Source of the DNA: a virus
IMG/VR virus record: IMGVR_UViG_3300020213_000029
Span: 5,652-69,651 of that record
Strand: one strand, 5' to 3'
DNA length: 64,000 bases
The notes beneath the pieces were generated by a model. It saw nothing but the letters and a program-made list of their open reading frames with translations. It searched no databases and was not told the DNA's origin. The stretch's first letter is position 1, and every line of letters starts with the position of its first letter. Both the position numbers and the translations under genes were made by a program. Shown here in pieces: positions 58,001 through 64,000 of the stretch.

Positions 58001-59876
58001 GCAGTTGGATAGCGTTGACGCTCTCAAAGGTGTCCCCGCAAAGGCACTCGCCGGAGACAAAGACGCTCTCGCTTTCTTGGCAAAACTAAAGCCATACTCG
58101 GGCAATATTGGTGCCCTGACGCAAGCTCAAAATAAAGTCGATTTAACGGTTGCTACGGCGCAGTCAGAAAAGCGGGCGGTTGACCTCGCCGCTCTTCAGG
58201 AATCCTACAATGCTGGAGAAATTGGACTAGCACAATTTCTCACACAACTTGATGCCCAAATAAAGGCCGAAACGCTCGCTGTCGATTTTATCACTTCCAG
58301 GGGTGGTGATGCCAGTAAAGAAATAAAGGCACTTAGTAGCGATATCAAACTAAAGAATGCGACCTATTCTAAACAGCTAGACAATTACACTGATCTCGCC
58401 CAAGAGCTGCGTGATTTGGGCGGTGAACTTGGTTCGGGGACACAAGCCGGTGTCGGCGTGTCAATTTCTTCGGAACTCGGGAAGCTCCAGGACCCACAGT
58501 ATGCCGACAAAGGTGCGCAGCTAGCCACCGCAAAGAAACTTGTCGGCCTTCTGCAAAAACAACGTGAGATCGAGGCGAATGCAGCGTCGACCCTGGAGGA
58601 ACGTAATCGGATTCTTGCGGAGGAGCGTCCACTACCTGAAGTGATTGGCCGTATTTTGGCGGCCGGTCTTATTGATCTGACTCCTGCCTGGTCGGCCTTT
58701 ACACAGCTTTTGGCCGGGGCATATGTAGGGATCACCGAAGATGCAATCAAGAACCTTGCTGTAGCGGTGCTACTGAAACAACAGACTGAAGAACAAGCAA
58801 TTGCCGTCCTTAAGGCAGCCGAAGCGAAGATAGCCAATGTGATCAATTCGATTGGCGATATTGGCCTTCTGGAGTCTGGGGGGGTAATAAATGAGTACAC
58901 TGCGGCGATTAAGCAGAGTGAGGGCATCAGTGCTTTACTGGAGAATCTAAGGCCATCCAAGATTAATTTGGGATCCTATACGGGTGATATCGGCAAAATA
59001 CAGAGTGGTGGAGCGGCCGACGAGGGTGAAGACCTAGTAAAGAAAGCCGAAGAAGCACAAAAGGCCTATTTAGAAGCGATGAATGATTACATGAAGGCAC
59101 TGATCGAAGGTGACCTAGTCAAGATAGGACAACATGCTGTCGCTGAGGCCCAGTTCGCTATCGATGTGGCCAGGGATGAGGCGGAAAAACTGAATGGCGA
59201 GGCGGCCAAGATCAGAGCGCAACGAGGATTGGATGATGCGCTGCGAGATCTAGCGGATTCAAGGATTGATATCCTTCTCGCTCAGGCCGAAGTGGCGGGT
59301 GACACTATAGAAATAGCAAAACTTGAGCAGCAAAAAGCCAATGATGCTTTGGCCAGATCACAGGCAGATTATGCTACTGGCGGCGGTGGCGAGGCAGCGG
59401 TCAACCGGGCGACTGCAGAGAAACTTAAGGCCGATGCCAACGTTGTCACGACACAGATCGATACGCAGCGAGAAGACGCCCAGTTCGCGCACGACATGGG
59501 AAAGCTTACTAAACAACAGTTCCTGTCGCTGCTCACGAACCTGCGGAACACGGTCGGTATCCCGGTCAAGCTGCAGCGGGATCTCGACCGTCAAATCAAA
59601 GACCTTCAAGGGTCGCTCAAAAGTGACCTGCAATTCAACCTGCCCACGTTCCTTAAACTGCCCACACTCTATCAGGCCCGCAGGATCGATCAATCTGGCG
59701 GCGGAGAGTCTGGTGTAAATTCACAGGCTGGCGGTTCAAGCGCTGGATACAACGACAACCGCAATGTCAGTGTGGTCCTTTATGTAAACAATGGGACTGA
59801 TCAGGCGCAGATGTTGCAGCTCCTGTCCGATGTTATAGGAACAAATCGTGTGTCTTTCGCAAACAGACGGTATTAA
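55017..59876 (+). CDS. Tape measure protein
   Basis: 1619 aa, Ala-rich helical; TP901-like core (G.ALAEAF.R). Confidence 0.9.
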   Translation: MPDARSTYVVELRLQTTQFNAALAALHQKLNVSALPTLRGTPEQIGSQVGELRSVIAHQEAAANRLYNPTSPKIKTAERRRAQEFVESSYDIPKAVTKDPRYAEAVIRSQTDTTRSLNRVAQERGAYNENALRDLQLLRAASQEATGAELQTLKLVQTTSLKNLKLNEEGEARGSLSSRGAGESQQTLARAQKSFYDRELAQYQVAASSLGGVQQSLTPAQGRGQALNSTTRFNEQAAAAERVARAAELETYGIRASNAATQKGVLLGGVASGKQLATSTAGFDSSVAKAAAAARAAELQHYQVRVSNAYTQKEGLISNSLAEKQALASRVAFNAQAVKDDKIAVAEESKAARARVLAARQSYGQPQGTFSRFINTVRGGPGAATGQQGAAAFFGSGLAGVARYALPSAAAFGTARAISGSIKEASELERQFTLIRGQFDATFGSEGKAKFQAFRAEILGVARDTGLAASEVANIGFQLQGAFGKGVEIGGVSGSELVGDQLRASAEISRVTGLSQKEVVDSLTAASLNFNASFREIGDTTLFLQDRFGVLAKEIIPFLGDIAPVAREAGFSLKEFASIAAITQQQSGRSGAALAEAFGRVLPQINEQRLALVQFASRTPQLNTPDIVQTFAAGSVRDIFIELAEIFPKLDQSSRDFLLNLIGGRRETQSIIAALAGGKLDETIGSLSGSAGTLDKRFKEVSKSLQEVLARAQETFRQLGVAVFEGGLGDALKELATLLALLAKALIGVANVVGEIDQAFGGFGIEIALAAVAMTKLVKIYKEFMALRAAGALSGGIAGFSLTGSGTSARQTAANINAPIVATAAPLTGRTPNVGNKGGITLGGIGTTLGILAATQVYSYYKNKEAQDKADFEEGYKKELERLQGKSTEELAQADRAPIDPSAPGGAKEAVRRLSEKDSDKKYTTDEQGRVWSTEERALFTAYNKRLVEEQYSAIINAITADPQALIDSIKADPSTLNALRTATTSGEAPYRLPKQLDSVDALKGVPAKALAGDKDALAFLAKLKPYSGNIGALTQAQNKVDLTVATAQSEKRAVDLAALQESYNAGEIGLAQFLTQLDAQIKAETLAVDFITSRGGDASKEIKALSSDIKLKNATYSKQLDNYTDLAQELRDLGGELGSGTQAGVGVSISSELGKLQDPQYADKGAQLATAKKLVGLLQKQREIEANAASTLEERNRILAEERPLPEVIGRILAAGLIDLTPAWSAFTQLLAGAYVGITEDAIKNLAVAVLLKQQTEEQAIAVLKAAEAKIANVINSIGDIGLLESGGVINEYTAAIKQSEGISALLENLRPSKINLGSYTGDIGKIQSGGAADEGEDLVKKAEEAQKAYLEAMNDYMKALIEGDLVKIGQHAVAEAQFAIDVARDEAEKLNGEAAKIRAQRGLDDALRDLADSRIDILLAQAEVAGDTIEIAKLEQQKANDALARSQADYATGGGGEAAVNRATAEKLKADANVVTTQIDTQREDAQFAHDMGKLTKQQFLSLLTNLRNTVGIPVKLQRDLDRQIKDLQGSLKSDLQFNLPTFLKLPTLYQARRIDQSGGGESGVNSQAGGSSAGYNDNRNVSVVLYVNNGTDQAQMLQLLSDVIGTNRVSFANRRY

Positions 59877-59890
59877 GAGGTGTTGATCTG

Positions 59891-60277
59891 ATGGCCAAGT
59901 TCAAATTTACTGATCCGATCACCCCATCACTTACATATACGTTCGAGATCAGTCCCGACCAGTTCGAAGGCCCGCCACTGCGTAAACGGTTGACGTATGA
60001 TTTTCCGACGGCGCCCAACTCTAGCTTGATTATTTTTGAGGGACGTGACGAGCCAAGGACGATTCGATTCTCGGGCAAGATTTTATCCTCGGCTCAATAT
60101 GATGCCATGAAAACCTGGTTTAATAAACGCTATAATCTGTGGCTCGACGACGACCGAGGAATCCGTTACACGATATACGTTACGTCATTTGACCCCAAGC
60201 GGGAACGGTCGAGGTCTTATCCCTACAAGTATTCTTACGTCGCTGAGGCTCTTGTCTCAGAAGGTTCGACAGCATGA
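59891..60277 (+). CDS. Distal tail protein-like
   Basis: Directly after tape measure; TI.FSG.I, L.DDRG..Y motifs. Confidence 0.6.
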   Translation: MAKFKFTDPITPSLTYTFEISPDQFEGPPLRKRLTYDFPTAPNSSLIIFEGRDEPRTIRFSGKILSSAQYDAMKTWFNKRYNLWLDDDRGIRYTIYVTSFDPKRERSRSYPYKYSYVAEALVSEGSTA

Positions 60278-60289
60278 AAACTCAAGGGG

Positions 60290-63200
60290 GTGATCTCAGT
60301 TAAGGACAAACCGCAGATCTGGAGCGCTTGGGATATCGGGAAGTTTTTCGGCGATGGGAAAGCTTCCGGGTATGTCACAGTGGAGCCAAACTGGAAACTG
60401 AACCCTGTTACTGCAGAGGGAGCGTTCCCGCCTGCCGGGCAGACCTATCGCTGGTTTCAGTCGCAGTCCGGTGTAGAGCGGATCGAGGTTGAGGTTCCCA
60501 ATATTAAGTCGATCCAGATTGACCGAAGCTTAGATACTGACGCCGCCTCCTGCACAATCGAGATATATAACCAGCTAATGGACAATACTGGGGTGGCTCC
60601 CCGATTGGCTAAGCAATTGGGCAATCCGGGTTGGTATAGCCCCAGCCGAGGTGCTTCTGCGGAAGCGAAGGCTCGATGGAATCAACAGCCTGGTGAATCT
60701 CCATGGTCGATGGTGAACTCTTCCAACTCTGCGTTTGTCCCGGGGCAGGCATTGGCTCCCATGGCCCTCGTTCGCTCCTACGAAGGATTCGGGGCATGGT
60801 CTAATGGCGTGGCACTACCATGGCAGACCGCAGTGTCGTCAGGGAAGGTCGCTATTACTGGGACGTGGATCGTCGACGTGACAACGATCGGGTCAGACGG
60901 GATTTTGGTGCTGAAGTGTCGGGACGCAGCGAAGCTTCTGATCGACCAGTACTGCTATCCTCCTCTTGCCCCGTCCGGTGGACAGAACCCGTACCCAATC
61001 AAATATAATAGGTGGACTTACACTAATTATGATAGTGAATGGGATCCAACGCCGACATCAAACACGGCCACCCTGGAATCGCAGGTCGGGCTTACCTATT
61101 TACAGGCGAGGACCGATTACACAGTCGGCGCCGCAGCGTGGACCCCGACGCCGGGCGTTGTGGGACCCAATTATCCAGTTGACGGTCATTATCCGTCGCA
61201 ATCAGTCGACGGCGACCCGGGTACATTGGCTATGTCTGGTGGGTATGGGGGCAGCGGCGGCGCTCACTGGTGGGAATATACCACTTTCAATCTAGGCGCC
61301 GGACTAAATCAGGTCTATCTCCATTCCTGGGGCGGACCGTACTCGGTTTATATTTCTATACTGGAAGGCAATGTTTGGCAGGGGGATTGGACTATCCCGA
61401 TCGACATTTCCCCTGACACTCGTGGACCGGTTAACATTCCCTACGTTTCAAGTGCTGGACTTGGTTTTGAGACGGACGAATGGATCTTGTTGCCTCGCCT
61501 TTATAATGCTCAGCGTGTACGGATCACTCTGACCGACAGTTACCTGTCGGCTTTTGACTCCTTTCCGTGGCGCAGTGGTTTGCGTCAGGTTGCCGCTCGG
61601 TCCTATGTTGTTGCCACCACAATCACGTCGGGTTCTACTTACGCTATGGCCACCTATCCGGGGGGGGATGGTGCATGGGTCATTTCTAGTACCGGTTCGG
61701 TCTTCCCTGTCGGTGATGCCCCGAATTTGGGAGCGTCTGGGCGAGCCTTGTCTAGAACATATGACGCTTCAGGCGTGGTCGCAGCGGAAGAACTGCCAGT
61801 CAGACACCCCATCTATGGATGGGGTTTCTGGGAGCTACTGGGGTCTGGACATATAAACGCTAACGACGGCGCTCTCCATTACGGAGAGCCTGGCCTGACA
61901 AATCCTGCACAATGGGACTTTGTGGATATGGCCGCCACAAATACAGGGCAAGGGTATTGGCTGTTAGAAAAAAACGGTACCGTTTGGGCCTTCGGCGATG
62001 CTGCGCATCACGGCAACATGACAACAACTGCAGCTTTGACGGCGACTTACTCTAGTCCTACGACTCGTAATGGATTTATCGGGGCAGCGATCGCTGGCGA
62101 TCCTGGAGGGAGTGGGTATTGGATTGTGAATCGGCTGGGGGAGGTTCGTAATTTTGGGACCGCTGATTCTATGCCCAACTTCCCCCAAGCATTGGCGGGT
62201 GGAACAATTCCTACTCAGCCTCCTGGTGCCGCAAATTTCCGTGATGTCGTCGCCACTAATGGAGGCACTGGCTTGTGGGGTTTGTGGGACACGGGGGCAG
62301 TCACAACGGTTGGTGCTGCAGTGAATCGCGGCGATGCGGTAGCTGCATACAACCCCAACGAGTCTTCTACCACGAATTTTTGGGCTATGTCAAAATTGCC
62401 AAACGATGATGGTTACCGACTCCTACAGACCAATGGACGCATCAATTATATTGGAGGGGCGCAAAACTTTGGAGATCTAGGATCGACGAGGGCTCGCACA
62501 GTCGGAAACTATACTGACTATGCCGATATTGTTAAGGACGTTCTTCTCTGGAGTGGGTTCTTGTTGTATGGTACGCAGTTCGTCCACGGTAATATCGAGA
62601 CCACTGGGGCATGGAGTGACGAGGATCTAACGGAAGATATATTCGACAAGAAATCGATTATGGATATTATAACTATGATAAAGGAAATTATCGGCTGGCA
62701 CTTCTGGATCGATGATGAGGGTGGTGTTCGTTTCGAAGCCCCCAATTGGTTAGGGCCAGGGAATGTTTTTGAAAACGGCACCCGAACAAGTTTCGTTCCA
62801 ACAATCGATGAACTTTCCCATCTGACCTCGTATTCGGCACAGCTCGACGATTCGCAGATCCGCTCTGAAGTGGTGATCGCCAACTCTGCTCCGACGAACG
62901 GTAATGCGAACACGATCGTGTCGACGGTGACCCCTCCGGGAGCGTTCTCGTTGCGAGGCATGCAGAAACCGGCCCTTTGGTTTAACGAAGTGTTTCTGAA
63001 GGCCTCAGAGCAGCAAATTATGGCCGAGCTTATCTCTATGCACATTTTCTTTTCAATGCGCCAAGGCTCTGTTCAATGTACCGGGAACCCAGCGATCCAA
63101 TTGAATGATCAGGTTCGCATTTATGAACGGGTAACCGCCGATACTTACGTTCATTATGTGAGAGCCATTTCCACGAGTCATGATTTTGATTCGGGTGTCT

Positions 63201-64000
63201 ACAAGATGACACTGGGGACGAATTGGCTCGGCGACGGTGGAGTGTGGGCCATTACTGGAGGATCCGGCAACGGTCCGATCACTGGCGGTGATCCGGGCGG
63301 TGGTCTCCAGCCGACCGAGCAGAGTTTTGCTTTCGCTGGTGGTTCTCGGACGTTCATCGTCCCGACCGGCGTGACTTCGGTCACGTTTGAAGTGGCAGGA
63401 GCACAAGGTGGCGATAACGCCGTTGGGGCGTCAGGCGGACGAGGTTGCCTAGTCACAGGTGTCCTCGTCGTGGTCCCTGGCGAAACGCTTATGGTTAACG
63501 TCGGTGGTCAGAGTGGTTTCAATGGCGGTGGCATAGCGGGGGCGGTGAACCCACTCGGCGGGCCGGTGCGGGGTTCCAACGGCGGCGGGAAATCCGATAT
63601 TCGGCGCAGTGCATCCAATGCGTGGACGGGCGTCCTCGTCGCTGCAGCGGGCGGTGGCGGAGCCGGTGGCGGAGGCTACTACTTTGGTGCATCGGGCAAT
63701 GGAGGCTATGGTGGATTTGGGGCAGGAATCGCTCCGGTGTTTCATAATGGCACCCCCGGGAATGGGTTCGGTAGTTCTGGAGTTAATACCGGTGGTGTCG
63801 GAGCGACAGCTACGGCCGCCGGGGCAGGCGGCCCTGGTATCGATCAATCTGGCACCGCCATTGTCGCCTATAATGGATCACCCGGCGTTTCACAAACCGG
63901 CGGAAACACGGTCAGTGTCAACTCGACCTCTGACGTGTTGTCGTCGGCTGGCGGCGGCGGTGGCGGTTACTTCGGCGGTGGGGGCGGCGGAGCTGGTCCT
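60290..64000 (+). CDS. Large minor tail (Tal/hub-like) protein with GYWL..GDA repeats and a Gly-rich C-terminal domain; runs off the window, not in track
   Basis: Frame from GTG 60290 reads PNIKSIQIDRSL, GYWLLEKNGTVWAFGDA, GNPAIQLNDQV, FIVPTGVTSV.FEVAGAQGG; no in-frame stop in the segments checked. Confidence 0.8.
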   Translation, partial: MISVKDKPQIWSAWDIGKFFGDGKASGYVTVEPNWKLNPVTAEGAFPPAGQTYRWFQSQSGVERIEVEVPNIKSIQIDRSLDTDAASCTIEIYNQLMDNTGVAPRLAKQLGNPGWYSPSRGASAEAKARWNQQPGESPWSMVNSSNSAFVPGQALAPMALVRSYEGFGAWSNGVALPWQTAVSSGKVAITGTWIVDVTTIGSDGILVLKCRDAAKLLIDQYCYPPLAPSGGQNPYPIKYNRWTYTNYDSEWDPTPTSNTATLESQVGLTYLQARTDYTVGAAAWTPTPGVVGPNYPVDGHYPSQSVDGDPGTLAMSGGYGGSGGAHWWEYTTFNLGAGLNQVYLHSWGGPYSVYISILEGNVWQGDWTIPIDISPDTRGPVNIPYVSSAGLGFETDEWILLPRLYNAQRVRITLTDSYLSAFDSFPWRSGLRQVAARSYVVATTITSGSTYAMATYPGGDGAWVISSTGSVFPVGDAPNLGASGRALSRTYDASGVVAAEELPVRHPIYGWGFWELLGSGHINANDGALHYGEPGLTNPAQWDFVDMAATNTGQGYWLLEKNGTVWAFGDAAHHGNMTTTAALTATYSSPTTRNGFIGAAIAGDPGGSGYWIVNRLGEVRNFGTADSMPNFPQALAGGTIPTQPPGAANFRDVVATNGGTGLWGLWDTGAVTTVGAAVNRGDAVAAYNPNESSTTNFWAMSKLPNDDGYRLLQTNGRINYIGGAQNFGDLGSTRARTVGNYTDYADIVKDVLLWSGFLLYGTQFVHGNIETTGAWSDEDLTEDIFDKKSIMDIITMIKEIIGWHFWIDDEGGVRFEAPNWLGPGNVFENGTRTSFVPTIDELSHLTSYSAQLDDSQIRSEVVIANSAPTNGNANTIVSTVTPPGAFSLRGMQKPALWFNEVFLKASEQQIMAELISMHIFFSMRQGSVQCTGNPAIQLNDQVRIYERVTADTYVHYVRAISTSHDFDSGVYKMTLGTNWLGDGGVWAITGGSGNGPITGGDPGGGLQPTEQSFAFAGGSRTFIVPTGVTSVTFEVAGAQGGDNAVGASGGRGCLVTGVLVVVPGETLMVNVGGQSGFNGGGIAGAVNPLGGPVRGSNGGGKSDIRRSASNAWTGVLVAAAGGGGAGGGGYYFGASGNGGYGGFGAGIAPVFHNGTPGNGFGSSGVNTGGVGATATAAGAGGPGIDQSGTAIVAYNGSPGVSQTGGNTVSVNSTSDVLSSAGGGGGGYFGGGGGGAGP

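Noticed and set aside
1-64000. Genome-wide TAG stop-codon reassignment, suggested by the CUA tRNA
   Set aside because: Genes are long and intact under the standard code, and TAG stops fall at natural gene ends next to the following start.
60278-64000. Apparent coding gap or fragmented ORFs in the track
   Set aside because: A single + strand ORF from about 60290 runs off the window, so it was not reported. The small listed ORFs are shadows.

Overview
The window is a large part of a tailed dsDNA phage genome (siphovirus-like), most likely infecting an actinobacterium. GYWL..GDA repeats in the tail protein and a FliA/WhiG-type sigma factor hint at Acidimicrobiia, which is inference. 1-15.9 kb is an early/accessory region: many small ORFs, a ParB-like cassette, a sigma-28 factor, a PTH2 peptidyl-tRNA hydrolase followed by five tRNA-like elements, a Dam methylase, an exonuclease, an intein-containing class II RNR and HU. 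15.7-26.6 kb is a 14-gene glycan synthesis and methylation cluster. 26.8-64 kb holds the virion genes: terminase with two inteins, portal, protease, scaffold, capsid, a secreted PL7 lyase, two large Ser/Thr/Ala-rich fibre-like proteins, neck, tail tube, frameshifted chaperones, tape measure and a tail protein cut by the window end. Three things stand out. (1) At least six dispersed, otherwise unrelated 53-63 aa microproteins end in the same (L)P-x-N-W-I-x-V motif, and four are missing from the ORF track. (2) A PTH2-linked tandem array of tRNA-like RNAs, most with lost or remodelled anticodon arms and one with an amber (CUA) anticodon. (3) A probable virion-glycosylation system. No polymerase, helicase or integrase was recognised. 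All family calls come from motif recognition by eye, not database searches.
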